A DNA stretch of 64,000 nt from Candidatus Zhuqueibacterota bacterium (GCA_016214895.1 JACRMR010000012.1:297142-361141), one strand, 5' to 3'. Numbered from the stretch's first letter, positions 40,432-51,004 are shown. Notes: generated from the letters alone by a model not told the origin. Made by a program: numbers and translations.

Positions 40432-42402
40432 TTACTTCAATAACACAACCTTGCGTGTGGAGTTCTGTCCGTCCGCGCGCAAATGTACGAAATAGACTCC
40501 GGCCGTCAAATCCGAACCATCAACGGCGATCCGGTGAAGGCCGGCAGTCTGCACGTCGTCAGCAAGGGCCCGCACCAGCCGACCGGCCACGTCATACAGT
40601 CTGACCGTTGCCGCTCCGGTCCGCGGTAACATGAATTCGACCACGGCCGTCGGATTGAACGGATTCGGATAAATGCTCGTGATGCCAAACTCGCGCGGTA
40701 CGACGCCGCGGGTCTCCGCGTCCAGCACAAATGCGGTCACCGTAATCACAATGTCGCTGTCGGGACAAGTGTTCGACGCCAGCAAAATCTGACCGATGTA
40801 ATCCCAGATCGCGCTATCACTCGTGTCGGGCGAAATCGTGACCTCGAAGTCTTGCAGCTCGCCCGGCAGCACGGTCAGGTCCGCCGGACTCACCGACAAC
40901 CAGGGGTCCGGGACCAGATTGCCCTGCGCGGTTGCAGAGACATGCAGCGGACCATCTCCGTTGTTCAGCACCGGAATCTGTGCGGTTGCGGTCGTGCGAT
41001 TATGCACAATCACATTCAGGGAGCTGACTTGCACGTCGATCAGCGGCCGCCGGAGCAGGAAGTTCAAGACCGCCGCCGAGTCCGCGTTGGCGACAACACC
41101 GCCCACCATCGTATCCGTCCAGCACGGATGCTGCGTCATCAGCGTGTAAGTACCGGGCGCGGTCAGCAACGAATACTCGCCCGTCTGACTCGTAAACGCC
41201 GTCACTCCCGTCTCGAGGATTCTGACCGGAATGCGATCCAGAAATTGCCCGCCGCCCAACGCCCGCACCGTCCCCATCACCTGCGCCGGTGTTCCCATCC
41301 GGTTCTCGTAGAATTGCATCTGCGACTGCTGATTCTCGCAGACGAGGAAATCCGCATCACCGTCCTGGTCCACATCGCCGATCGATATACCCATATTGCG
41401 GTAATTCGCCGTCAACGTCTGATAGCTGAAGCTGAGATTACCGTTGTTGCGCCACCAGTACACCGCGCCATCCGCCGCGACCCCGACGATGTCCAGCGTG
41501 CCATTCATGTCAAAATCAGCCAGCGCCGTCCCACGCGGATACGAGATGGACGTCGAGAGCGCCTGCTCGGTCATCCCGCCGCTCCCGCCGATCCACAAGA
41601 CGATGCGACCGCCATCGTAATCGCTGACGATCACGTCGTCGAAGCCATCCGCGTTCACATCGCCGCCGGTGACCCACGTCGTCGAACCCAAGGTCCCCAA
41701 TGTGTGCGATTCCCAGGTCGTAAGGTTCACCTGCTCAACCCAGTACACGCCCCGCCAATCCGTCCCCACGACAACGTCGCGGTCGCCGTCGTGGTCAATG
41801 TCCGCCGTGGCAACGTCCAGCGGATGACTGCCGGTGATGTTCACGGCATCGACCAGCACGAGCGAGTCCCCGACGGACACGAACATCTGGATTACATTAG
41901 ACAAATAGGCCGCGACCACCAGGTCGGGAACCCCGTCGCCGCTGATATCGTCCACACAAACGTCGAATTGGCCCTGCTGACCGTCTCCGACTTGCCGGAC
42001 CGTGAACGCATTCGCACCGCCGAGGCCCGTTGCTGTCAGAATGTAAGTCGTATTCAGGCCGTAGGCGGCCAGCGCAATGTCATCTCGTCCGTCCTGATTA
42101 AAGTCCGCCACCGCAAGATGGCGAAACGTCCCGCCGCCGATATTCAGCTGCCGCGCCTGCCGCGTCCGGTCCGGCAACGTCTCCAGCCAGAAGATGGTTC
42201 CGGAGAATCCACAGGCGGCAATGTCAAGGTCGCCGTCGCCATCAAAATCACCGGTGCCGGCCGAATACAACTCGAGGACATCCGATGAAATTGTCGTGCG
42301 CACGAAATCCTGCGCTCGCAGCGCTTCGCCGTAGCCCATCAGTGTGATCATCAACCCGCACGCCAGCGTGAGGGCGATAGTTGCCGGTCTCCGCACAGGC
42401 AA
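40432..42402 (-). CDS. FG-GAP/VCBS repeat protein with T9SS C-terminal sorting domain
   Basis: Repeated FG-GAP-like motifs (DFDGDGDLDIA, DFNQDGRDDIA, DISGDGVPDLV, DIDHDGDRDVV, DVNADGFDDVI) and the CTD SIYPNPFNPTAVVEFML...VRLYDVAGRLV...KVVLLK. Confidence 0.75.
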   Translation of the reverse strand: MPVRRPATIALTLACGLMITLMGYGEALRAQDFVRTTISSDVLELYSAGTGDFDGDGDLDIAACGFSGTIFWLETLPDRTRQARQLNIGGGTFRHLAVADFNQDGRDDIALAAYGLNTTYILTATGLGGANAFTVRQVGDGQQGQFDVCVDDISGDGVPDLVVAAYLSNVIQMFVSVGDSLVLVDAVNITGSHPLDVATADIDHDGDRDVVVGTDWRGVYWVEQVNLTTWESHTLGTLGSTTWVTGGDVNADGFDDVIVSDYDGGRIVLWIGGSGGMTEQALSTSISYPRGTALADFDMNGTLDIVGVAADGAVYWWRNNGNLSFSYQTLTANYRNMGISIGDVDQDGDADFLVCENQQSQMQFYENRMGTPAQVMGTVRALGGGQFLDRIPVRILETGVTAFTSQTGEYSLLTAPGTYTLMTQHPCWTDTMVGGVVANADSAAVLNFLLRRPLIDVQVSSLNVIVHNRTTATAQIPVLNNGDGPLHVSATAQGNLVPDPWLSVSPADLTVLPGELQDFEVTISPDTSDSAIWDYIGQILLASNTCPDSDIVITVTAFVLDAETRGVVPREFGITSIYPNPFNPTAVVEFMLPRTGAATVRLYDVAGRLVRALADDVQTAGLHRIAVDGSDLTAGVYFVHLRADGQNSTRKVVLLK

Positions 42403-42475
42403 TCTCGCTTCGTGGTAAGTGTCAGAATCCGCTGCCGGTCTTCTCTACACGACAGCCCACACCGTCAGCTCATAT

Positions 42476-44581
42476 CTATTTCAACAATGTCAGTTTCACG
42501 GTTGCCACGCGCGCGTCAGCACTCAGTCGCGCGAAGTATGTCCCAGAGCCGTGCGCCGTGCCGTCCCACCGCATCCGGTATTGACCTGCCGTCATGAACC
42601 CGCGCACGACGGTTTCCACCAGTCGGCCCTGCAAATCAAAGATATTCAGGCTCGCCTGCGCCGGATGCTCGAGCGCAAATTCCAGATTCACGACCGTATT
42701 GAACGGATTCGGATAGACTTTTGCCAGGCCGAACTCCAGCGGCAATTCCACCCCTCCGTCAGCACCCGCGGACCACGTGATGAAGTTCCAGCGTTGACGC
42801 GAATCCAGCGTCATCGGGGGATACAGGCTCGATGCAGTCACCCACCACGTAACCGGCGAAACGTCCGGAAAGATCGGATTGTTCGCGAAGCTCACAATCA
42901 TGAACGTGTCCGCCAACGCCGGAAAAGATACCGTCGTGTCCCCGGTCTGAAAATGCACGGTGTAACTCACCCCGTCATTCGAGTCGGGGTCGCGCGCCGG
43001 CGTCCAACTGAACTCCGCCGAGGACTGCGGCAATGCCAAACCACTGTCCGGCGCCGCGAGGTCAAAGGGCTCCGTCGAGTCCGGGATCAGACGTAGAAAC
43101 GCTTGATACCGCTGTTCGCAAATCCGCGTCAAATTATGATCGTCCTGCGCCACCACGCGCCAGTAGATCACCGCCTCATCGGAGTCCGCGGGCCACGTAA
43201 AGCGGGATACATTCAACGGTCCATACACCTGCACCGGCGCCTGAAACAGCGAATCGGAATCGATGAGCAGCGCGTACCGGATCCCCTCGCCATCCGGTTC
43301 CGTCGCGTCTTCCCAATCAAAATACACTGTGTCGTTCGTCACCGTGTCCGAACTCAACGGATACAACAGCGAAAATCGATTCGGCGGATGCTGCCCTGGT
43401 GAGTGCGGATCGGCGTCGGTCACCACATAGAGGCCGTGCTGCGCCTGCTCCTGAATCTGCGCGCCGACCGCCCGATAGTGATAGCCGCGGTCCTGCGCCA
43501 CGTCAAACAATACCGCACCGGCCGCGCCGTCCACATACAGGGTCCAAAGACTGTCACCGCGCAGATTGTATTTGGCCAAAATTCCGCGCTGCGGCGAGCT
43601 GGGGGTGCTGCGGGTATAGCCGGCAATCACGAATCCGCTATCAAAATCCTGAGTCGCCGCCACACCGTAGGCCACATCGACGCCCGGTGTCCGCCAGAGC
43701 CGCGACCACAAACTGTCGCCGTTGTCGTTCGTCGCGACCAGCCAGATATCGCCGTTCACCGAATCGCCAAACGAACGGCTGGTGCCGACCAGAATCGTCA
43801 ACTGTGAAGATAGCCTCGCGGCGTCCAGGCAAGCTTCATGCTGTGCGCCGCCGAACCGCCGGTGGACCTCCGTCGAATCCGTAAACAACGAATCCGTGCG
43901 GACCAGCCAGAAATCACGCGAACGCCCGACCAGACTGTCCGCGGTTCCGCAGATCAACAGCCGGAGTTCGTTCTGACCGTTCCGATAACCAAGCAGCGCG
44001 GATCCGTACCGCCCCTCTGCGTAAACGCGGTCACCGATGATCGCTCCGGTTGCCGCAAGCGATCGCACGACCACATCCGCGACATCCTCGCCCGGGCGAA
44101 TCTCGCCCAAAGCATATTCTCCGGCAGTCGAAGCTCCCGGATGAGCACTGACCGCCGTGAGCTGCTCACTGAAGCCCGGCGACCCGTCGTCAACATTCAC
44201 CTCGGTCCCGCCGTCGAGGGCCAGCCGCACGTGGCGGAAATCCATCGATCCGCTCTCGTAGGTGGACCCCACGAGCACGATCTCGTCTGCGCTCGACGAC
44301 AGCGTCATCCCCAGCAACTGGTCAGTCGTGCCCAGTTGGGAATTCCAAACCGTGTCCCCCGCGCTATCGACCCGCTGCACCCAGAACTGGAATTGACCCT
44401 CTAATGCGTTTCCACCGAGAAAAGCGCCCGTCTGCGAGGTCGTGTCTGCTAAGCTAATCTGACTGAAATAGCCCCGCGTTTCGTAAACCCTGCTGAATGT
44501 CACGTCCGGGGCGATGGCCCAGCCGACCACGCCCGATATCAGGAGCAGCGCCGCCACCGGCAGCGCCTGCAATATTTTCAT
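42476..44581 (-). CDS. Secreted beta-propeller-like hypothetical protein with T9SS C-terminal sorting domain
   Basis: Start at MKILQALPVAALLLISG (signal peptide) and CTD KVYPNPFNTVVNLEFALEHPAQASLNIFDLQGRLVETV...VKLTLLK. Confidence 0.65.
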   Translation of the reverse strand: MKILQALPVAALLLISGVVGWAIAPDVTFSRVYETRGYFSQISLADTTSQTGAFLGGNALEGQFQFWVQRVDSAGDTVWNSQLGTTDQLLGMTLSSSADEIVLVGSTYESGSMDFRHVRLALDGGTEVNVDDGSPGFSEQLTAVSAHPGASTAGEYALGEIRPGEDVADVVVRSLAATGAIIGDRVYAEGRYGSALLGYRNGQNELRLLICGTADSLVGRSRDFWLVRTDSLFTDSTEVHRRFGGAQHEACLDAARLSSQLTILVGTSRSFGDSVNGDIWLVATNDNGDSLWSRLWRTPGVDVAYGVAATQDFDSGFVIAGYTRSTPSSPQRGILAKYNLRGDSLWTLYVDGAAGAVLFDVAQDRGYHYRAVGAQIQEQAQHGLYVVTDADPHSPGQHPPNRFSLLYPLSSDTVTNDTVYFDWEDATEPDGEGIRYALLIDSDSLFQAPVQVYGPLNVSRFTWPADSDEAVIYWRVVAQDDHNLTRICEQRYQAFLRLIPDSTEPFDLAAPDSGLALPQSSAEFSWTPARDPDSNDGVSYTVHFQTGDTTVSFPALADTFMIVSFANNPIFPDVSPVTWWVTASSLYPPMTLDSRQRWNFITWSAGADGGVELPLEFGLAKVYPNPFNTVVNLEFALEHPAQASLNIFDLQGRLVETVVRGFMTAGQYRMRWDGTAHGSGTYFARLSADARVATVKLTLLK

Positions 44582-44808
44582 CCTGCGGCCCTCCCAAGCC
44601 CCTCGGATCATCATCCCTTCAAGAACGGCGACGAAATACGGCTCCGAATTGCAGGTTGCAACCCAGTTCGCGATTAGCCAATTCGGGGGCGATTGGGGCT
44701 GTCGCCGGGAACCCACAAGCTATCTAAATTACCGATTTCTGTGCATTTTGTCAAGCCAAACCGACCCCGATTTGGACGGGCACCGGATTTGCAAACTCGC
44801 CTCTGCAA

Positions 44809-47226
44809 GTGAACCATATGACCCAAGAGGTGCAAATGCGATCCATCTGGAAGCCCGTCTTCGTCACCGTCGGTGCACTGGCCATTCTGGCCGGTACGCT
44901 ACTCTTGATGGGCAATATCCAAAATGTCACGCGCATCGCGAACTCGACCGAGTTTTCCAAGCTCCAGACCACCGCGCTGTCGTGGTCGGCCGGCCTGGAA
45001 ACCTGCCGATCCGCGGTTCGGGAGCAGGTGCTCCGGCAAGAGCTGCTGCGAATCTCCGAACGGCCCGGCGAATGGGTGACATGGCGAGCCGCCGAGAAAT
45101 ACCGTGCATTTCTCACCGACTGGAACGCCTCCTACGGCCCCCCGCGGGCGCTCTGCCTGATCGTAAATGCGGCGCAGCTCCATAGTTTTGAAGGCGACAC
45201 GAGCGGATTGGCAATGTCGTTGAAGTTGTTCGAGGAATCGGGCAATCCGGAGATCACGATCTTCGGTGGCAACGCAAGTACTCCCGGTTTTGTCGCGATC
45301 CAATATCGTTACCAGCAGGATAGCGCCGCGATCGCCTCGCGCTGGATCACTCTGTTCGACCCCACGACTGTGCTGCGAGTCGGAGACACGGCCCCGCATG
45401 CCTGGACACTCATGTCCGGCCCCGATCAAACCCTGTTCTCCTCGTCCGGCGGGTCGCAGGCCGCCTGCGTCAGTCCGGCAACCTGGCCACTCATTATCGG
45501 TCAGCAGAAAGGGGCCCTGCCGGGGACGAACGACGATCAATGGGGATTCGTCAAACTGCAACTCCCCGGGATGAAGCCCGTATTGCTCCTCGCATCCCTG
45601 ACTCCGCCCGGCACGGCGTCACACGCGTCGATCTGGTGGATCGCGGCGGGTCTGCTGGTGATGATCGTCGTCGCGGTCTGGCCGTACGCCCCCAATCCCC
45701 TGACCGCGGAATTGGCTCCGCCGCTCCCCGAACCGGGAGAGCCGGCGATCCCAAGCTCGGATGCCACTGCCTTCCGGCAACTCTTCCAGGCCATCGTGGA
45801 TCCGTTGTGCATCGTGGAAGTCGATGGCCGATTCTCGCGCTCGAATCATGCCGCGCAGGAAATGCTCAGAATTCAGCGGGGAAAGCCGGATCCGGCGCTC
45901 AACATGGAACACGGAGACCTGGCGATTCCCGCCGCGGCTTTCTTCCAACAGCTCGCCGCAGGGGCCATTGACGCCGACGGTCCGGTGCGGCTTGCCACCA
46001 CCGAAAAGGTCGTCTTTTCCGGTCGCATTCGTGCGACCCGGCTCTACGTCGATCAAGATCGGCATGGCCCGCTGCTCTTGCAATTCGTGCATGATGTCGA
46101 AACCGCACCGACACTCGCCATTGAGTCCGTGGCGGACGAGGATGCCGTTCCGGTCGCCGATCCATTGTGTCCGAATGCGATCATCGTGGTGTCGCGCGAT
46201 GGCTTGTTACAGAATTACAACGACGCCGCCCTGGCCATCTGTCCGACCCTTGAAAACTCGCCGATGCTCACGGACATCTTCCCCGCGCTGGACCGCATCG
46301 AAGTCGAGCGGATACTAAGGCGCGAAAACACCTCGCGGTTCGAAACCCTGTTCGGGAGCGGCACGTTCGAGTTTCACGCCTGCCCGCACAATGGCACCGT
46401 CGTCCTCTACGGCAGTCCCGCCGCCGCCGAAAAACAGCTCGAAATCGCGCTCGCACAGGCGCACGAAAACTTCAACACGCTGTGCAACATGACGCCCGCC
46501 GCCGTGCTCTTCCTCAATGTGCACGATCACAACATACAGCAGTGCAACGTGGCCGCCTGCGACCTGTTCAGCATGCCGGCGCCGGGACTGCTCGGGCGCA
46601 CACTCGAATCCCTCTCCGCATTTCCGTGGATCCCGTCCTCCGAGCCGGAAAGCGAGTTCTTCGCCGCGACTCCCGACGGCCGCACCATCCGCTGCAAGTT
46701 CGCCTGCGAACTGGTCAAGATCGAAGGCGAACCAACGATGCTGGCCGTGCTCGATCCGATCGCCACCTACCAGCCCGTCTCGGAACAGGAACAGGAAACC
46801 CGTGAACTGCTCGCGGCAGTGGATCGGCTCGCCCAAGACGAAGACACGCCGCCGAATACCGCCGGCCCGGGGCTGCTCATCGTTTCCAACCCCGTCGTGC
46901 GCGATGTCGCCCGCAAACTGCTCGAACGCGCCGGCCATGACGTCGAGGCTTTCACCACGCTCGATGATGCCACGGTCTGGGTGATCGCGCATCAGTACGT
47001 GCCGGGCCTGATCACGCTGGACGTGACCGACTTCGACGATGTCGAGGATTGGCTCGCGAACCTCCGCGCCCGCTGCGGCAGCGTCCCCTGCCTGGCGATC
47101 ACTGACGGCGAGACGCATGAGTTGCCCAACTCCGGCGAGAACTTCTTCCTGCAAAAGCCGTTTGATCTCGATGATGTGGAGCGCGCGCTTCACGAATTAG
47201 GAGTCGAAGCCACGGCGCACGCCTGA
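44809..47226 (+). CDS. Membrane sensor protein: periplasmic domain, three PAS-like domains and a C-terminal degenerate receiver (REC) domain; no kinase domain
   Basis: There are two TM segments (residues ~15-35 and ~280-300). Three PAS-like cores are present (FRQLFQAIVDPLCIVEVDGRF; IIVVSRDGLLQNY; MTPAAVLFLNVHDHNIQQCNVAA...). The C-terminal ~120 aa have REC topology (LLIVSNP...LITLDV...KPFDLDDV) but with SN in place of the acidic DD pair. Confidence 0.55.
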   Translation: MNHMTQEVQMRSIWKPVFVTVGALAILAGTLLLMGNIQNVTRIANSTEFSKLQTTALSWSAGLETCRSAVREQVLRQELLRISERPGEWVTWRAAEKYRAFLTDWNASYGPPRALCLIVNAAQLHSFEGDTSGLAMSLKLFEESGNPEITIFGGNASTPGFVAIQYRYQQDSAAIASRWITLFDPTTVLRVGDTAPHAWTLMSGPDQTLFSSSGGSQAACVSPATWPLIIGQQKGALPGTNDDQWGFVKLQLPGMKPVLLLASLTPPGTASHASIWWIAAGLLVMIVVAVWPYAPNPLTAELAPPLPEPGEPAIPSSDATAFRQLFQAIVDPLCIVEVDGRFSRSNHAAQEMLRIQRGKPDPALNMEHGDLAIPAAAFFQQLAAGAIDADGPVRLATTEKVVFSGRIRATRLYVDQDRHGPLLLQFVHDVETAPTLAIESVADEDAVPVADPLCPNAIIVVSRDGLLQNYNDAALAICPTLENSPMLTDIFPALDRIEVERILRRENTSRFETLFGSGTFEFHACPHNGTVVLYGSPAAAEKQLEIALAQAHENFNTLCNMTPAAVLFLNVHDHNIQQCNVAACDLFSMPAPGLLGRTLESLSAFPWIPSSEPESEFFAATPDGRTIRCKFACELVKIEGEPTMLAVLDPIATYQPVSEQEQETRELLAAVDRLAQDEDTPPNTAGPGLLIVSNPVVRDVARKLLERAGHDVEAFTTLDDATVWVIAHQYVPGLITLDVTDFDDVEDWLANLRARCGSVPCLAITDGETHELPNSGENFFLQKPFDLDDVERALHELGVEATAHA

Positions 47227-47257
47227 CGCGGTTGTGGAATTACCGAGTACTGTTTGT

Positions 47258-47296
47258 ACAACAAGGCCGCCACGGCAAGGCGGCCTTGTCTTTTTT
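47258..47296 (+). terminator. Intrinsic terminator after sensor gene
   Basis: caaggccgcc-acggca-aggcggccttg followed by tcttttttc. Confidence 0.7.
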
Positions 47297-47649
47297 CAAA
47301 TTGTAGCGCTTTGTGAATAACTACACGAAAGCGCGAACGGACGCCGGATGCGGCCGCTTCATTATTCCAGACCCGGCCTCCCGGCTTGGTCTCCTTGACC
47401 CGCGCCGGATCCCATCTATCCTTTGCCGAGGCAAGTAGTTGTACTAACTCCTCTCGAATACCTCACCGTTCAGTCATTGGTACCCAACCGTTTCTTAACG
47501 GTTCCGGGCGCGTGCTGCACTTGCGGAAGCAGTTTCCGGAGGCTATTTTATCAGACTATCGCGGGTGGCTCAACGACCTTGACCCGAGTCCGTGAATCCG
47601 ACCTTGCTGCCAATTCCCGGCTGTACAATATAGACCACAGGAGATCCCT

Positions 47650-50600
47650 ATGTTTTCGCTTGGCTCCCGATGTTCTTCCTTGCTCGCACTGCTGGCTACC
47701 CTGTTAGTCGCCGGCCTGGGCCTTGCCCAGAATCCCGGTGATGTGCTGATTTCGGAATCGATGTACGATGATACGGCCTCAACAGATGTCGAATGGGCGG
47801 AAATCTACAACACTACGGCTAACCCCATCGACATCTCCGGCTGGACGCTGCAGGACGCCCCTGCTTATCCCCCGGCGACCGAAGGTTCAATCCTGGTCCC
47901 GGCCGGCACCACTATCGCTGCCGGACAATACCTGGTCCTGTGCAAGGCCGCAATTCCCGAGTTCACGGGCGAAATCGTCTGCACGCAGAATTTCGGTTCA
48001 TGGGCACTCGGTAATTCCGGTGACAACCTCGCCCTCTATACGGGGAGCGGCACGCTCATTGATGGATCGTTGAGCGTCATTATCCCGGACTCATCGCTGA
48101 CGGGCGGAAACTCAACGGAGCGTTGCTCCTTCGCCATCAGCTACGATGTCGGGTCAAACTGGCATCAGTCCACCAATGTGTTCGCCACGACCGGCCGCTA
48201 CCGCCTCTGCACGCCCGGCGCACCGAATTCCGCCTGCGGGGCCAGCGATACCACGCCACCGACGCTCCTGAGCGCCGCGGCCACGACTGCTACCACCGTC
48301 GATCTGCTCTGGAATGAGTCGGTCGGGCTGGTGTCAGCGCAGACCGTGGCCAACTACGTCGTCAACAATGGCGTCGGCAATCCGCTGACCGCGACCCGCG
48401 ACGGAGCGAATCTCGCGCTGGTGCATCTGACGTTCAACGCGATGGCCAACAACACCTACTCGATCACCTGCAATAACGTTGCTGACGTGGCCGGAAATGT
48501 CTCCACGAATCAGATCGCTAATTTCACGGTGAATGTTACCGTCGCGCAGGGCGCTGTTGTGATCACGGAAGTGATGTACGATGATACGGCCAGCGGGACC
48601 AACCCCGATGTCGAATGGGTGGAGATTCATAACACCACCGCGTCGGCCATCGATTTATCGCTGTGGCGTCTGACCGACTACAGCGCCGTCCCGCCCACCG
48701 CGGAAGGCAATGTCGTGATTCCGGCCGGGACTTCGATTCCGGCGGATGGCTATCTCGTGCTTTCCAAAGTCGCGATGCCGGAAATCCCGAGCGCGATTGT
48801 CTGCGTTGACTCCGGATCACTCGGGCTGGGCAATTCCGGCGATAACCTCGCACTTTATACCGCGGACTTCGCGCAACTCGTGGATGGCTCGCTGACGGTC
48901 AACTACCCTGACCTCGCCCTGAACAACGGCGGTCACTCGATTGAGAAGTGCGATGTGAACGCGCCGTGGTCCGGCCTCGCCGCCGATTGGCATGAATCCA
49001 CCAATGTCTTCGGAACCGGACGATATCAGCTCTGCACGCCGGGCGCCGTCAATTCTCCCTGCCTCGGCGACACCACACGGCCCACGCTCGTGTCCGCGAC
49101 CGCGCTCAGCACGACGCTGATCGAAGTCGTCTTCAACGAAGCCCTGAACGAAGTCTCGGCGGAAACCGTGACAAACTACTCCGTGGACCTCGGCGTGGGC
49201 TCGCCCAGCACGGCAACGCTGCAGACCACCCCCACAACGGTCCGCCTGCTCTACGGCACCGCGTTGGCTCCCAATACGTACACCTTGACCGTCAATAACG
49301 TAGCGGACGTTGCGCTGAATGCGATCCTGCCCAACTCGCAAGTGTCGTTCACCGTCTCCGCTCCGCCGGAGAACCTCAAGTTCACCGAGTTCATGCCGAA
49401 TCCGGCGTTCGCGAGCACAGGCGACAGCCTCGGCGAATGGTTCGAGATCTATAATGCCGGGGCGACCACCGTGGATCTGACCGGGTGGATCATCGCCGAT
49501 AATTCCGGCAGCGATACCATTGAAGCCGGCACGATCAACCCCGGCCAGTATTTTGTGTTCTGCTCAAACGGCGACAGCGCAACGAACGGCGGTGTGCCGG
49601 AGAATTTCGACTATCGTTTCGCCACGTCCGGTTGGGGCCTGAGCCTGAGCAATACCGGCGAAACCATCTTCTTGCGCAACCCGGCGGGGACCAATGTCGC
49701 CACGGTCACATACACGACCGCATTCCATTGGGGCGCCGGCGTGAGCGCCCAATTGATCGATTTGAATTACAGCGGCGCCGTTGACACCATGTGGTGCGCC
49801 GGTTATCAGGCCTGGCCGGGCGCCAACAATGGCGACCTCGGCACGCCCGGAACCGCTACGGCATGTGCTCCGGTGCTCCCGCCGGATACGCTCACACTCT
49901 GCCAGGTCCGCGAGCAAGACACCTGCGGCGTCGCCACGCGGCTGAATACCCGCGTCGTCACGCATGGCGTCGTTACTTGGGTCGATTCGTGCGGCACAGA
50001 GGCGTTCGTCGAGAGCGGCGGCTGCGCGGTCCAGATCTTCGGCACCGCGGTTACGACCAATATGGTCGGGAATCCCCGTCCCCCCATGGTCGGCGACACC
50101 ATTGAAGTGTGGAGTTACATCACACAGTTCCGCGGCGTCACAGAATTCTCTACCTATACCGCCGTCGCGCCGGTGATCACCTATCTTGGTTCGGCTGCGG
50201 TCCCGGCACCGGTAGTGGTCGCGGCCTCGGCAGTCGCAACCGTCGTCGATGACTGCGGACCCGAACTGTACGAATCCCGTATTATTTCCGTGCTCGGCGC
50301 GACCTTCCTGAATGCAGGCGGTACGTTCGCACCCGGTGACACAACGTTCCCGGCCGTGGTCGGAACGGACACGGTCCTCTACTACGTCGATAGTTGCGAT
50401 GTGTCTATCCTCGGAACGACGATTCCTGCCGGCGCTGTGAACTTGCGAGGTGCGCTCGGACAACATGATCTGACGACGCCGTGCCTGTGCGGCGGCTATC
50501 AGATCGTCTTCGCCGGAGGCAGCGCTTTCGAAGCCGCGCAGTGCCCGGATCCTACGCAATTCACCGTCAATCGTGACGACAGCCTGGCCACGACGGTTAC

Positions 50601-50796
50601 CTTGCGCTGGACCCCCGGCCTCGGTGCAGCATGCAATACGTACAAGGTCTATGCATCCACGAACGGCAGCGCTGTTTTCCCCGCCACATACACCCTCGTC
50701 GCGACGGTCGTTGCACCAACGCCGCCGGATTGCTTCTATACCGATCCGAGCGCACTGGCGCCGATTCGCTTCTATCATGTGACGGCTGACAACTAA
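47650..50796 (+). CDS. Large secreted protein with three lamin-tail domains (LTD), Ig-like (SbsA/Big_5-type) domains and a C-terminal FN3-like region
   Basis: It begins with a signal peptide. Three LTD-like units are present (VLISESMYDDTASTDVEWAEIYNTTANPIDISGWTLQD...LGNSGDNLALY; VVITEVMYDDTASGTNPDVEWVEIHNTTASAIDLSLWRLTD...LGNSGDNLALY; LKFTEFMPNPAFASTGDSLGEWFEIYNAGATTVDLTGWIIAD), each followed by a segment of the type TTPPTLLSA..TT.VDLLWNE. The length is 1048 aa. Confidence 0.75.
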   Translation: MFSLGSRCSSLLALLATLLVAGLGLAQNPGDVLISESMYDDTASTDVEWAEIYNTTANPIDISGWTLQDAPAYPPATEGSILVPAGTTIAAGQYLVLCKAAIPEFTGEIVCTQNFGSWALGNSGDNLALYTGSGTLIDGSLSVIIPDSSLTGGNSTERCSFAISYDVGSNWHQSTNVFATTGRYRLCTPGAPNSACGASDTTPPTLLSAAATTATTVDLLWNESVGLVSAQTVANYVVNNGVGNPLTATRDGANLALVHLTFNAMANNTYSITCNNVADVAGNVSTNQIANFTVNVTVAQGAVVITEVMYDDTASGTNPDVEWVEIHNTTASAIDLSLWRLTDYSAVPPTAEGNVVIPAGTSIPADGYLVLSKVAMPEIPSAIVCVDSGSLGLGNSGDNLALYTADFAQLVDGSLTVNYPDLALNNGGHSIEKCDVNAPWSGLAADWHESTNVFGTGRYQLCTPGAVNSPCLGDTTRPTLVSATALSTTLIEVVFNEALNEVSAETVTNYSVDLGVGSPSTATLQTTPTTVRLLYGTALAPNTYTLTVNNVADVALNAILPNSQVSFTVSAPPENLKFTEFMPNPAFASTGDSLGEWFEIYNAGATTVDLTGWIIADNSGSDTIEAGTINPGQYFVFCSNGDSATNGGVPENFDYRFATSGWGLSLSNTGETIFLRNPAGTNVATVTYTTAFHWGAGVSAQLIDLNYSGAVDTMWCAGYQAWPGANNGDLGTPGTATACAPVLPPDTLTLCQVREQDTCGVATRLNTRVVTHGVVTWVDSCGTEAFVESGGCAVQIFGTAVTTNMVGNPRPPMVGDTIEVWSYITQFRGVTEFSTYTAVAPVITYLGSAAVPAPVVVAASAVATVVDDCGPELYESRIISVLGATFLNAGGTFAPGDTTFPAVVGTDTVLYYVDSCDVSILGTTIPAGAVNLRGALGQHDLTTPCLCGGYQIVFAGGSAFEAAQCPDPTQFTVNRDDSLATTVTLRWTPGLGAACNTYKVYASTNGSAVFPATYTLVATVVAPTPPDCFYTDPSALAPIRFYHVTADN
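47741..49700 (+). repeat. Intragenic tandem coding repeats (LTD units, ~0.8-kb period, partially conserved at the nucleotide level)
   Basis: Compare 47755-47870 with 48568-48690 (gatgtacgatgatacggcc...gatgtcgaatggg.ggagat...aacac.ac.gc). Confidence 0.55.
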
Positions 50797-50811
50797 ACCG
50801 GCCTGCCCGGC

Positions 50812-50866
50812 ATTCATTCGAAGCGCGGCCCGGGCATTGCCCGGGCCGCACTGGTTCCGGGGCAAA
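50812..50866 (+). terminator. Two tandem GC-rich hairpins downstream of LTD gene (terminator-like, no U-tract)
   Basis: The first is gcggcccgggcattgcccgggccgc (11-bp stem). The second is ccggggca-aaatc-tgccccgg. Confidence 0.35.
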
Positions 50867-51004
50867 ATCTGCCCCGGGCAGGCGCTATGCAGCAGCAGTT
50901 ACCGGACTTACGCGTGGCGCGAGGTTTGCTTCAAGTAGCTATGACATAATCCCGGACCAGCTCGTCCACCGCCGAAATAGGATAACCCCGCCCGAGGAAC
51001 TACC

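Noticed and set aside
38905-40443. 512-aa + strand ORF
   Set aside because: It is antisense to pdxT and pdxS, which are highly conserved on the minus strand.
40852-42288. 478-aa + strand ORF
   Set aside because: It is antisense to the FG-GAP/T9SS gene and has Arg/His-rich composition.
49564-50865. 433-aa minus-strand ORF
   Set aside because: It is antisense to the LTD-repeat gene. The Arg/Gly/Cys-rich composition is a GC artefact.
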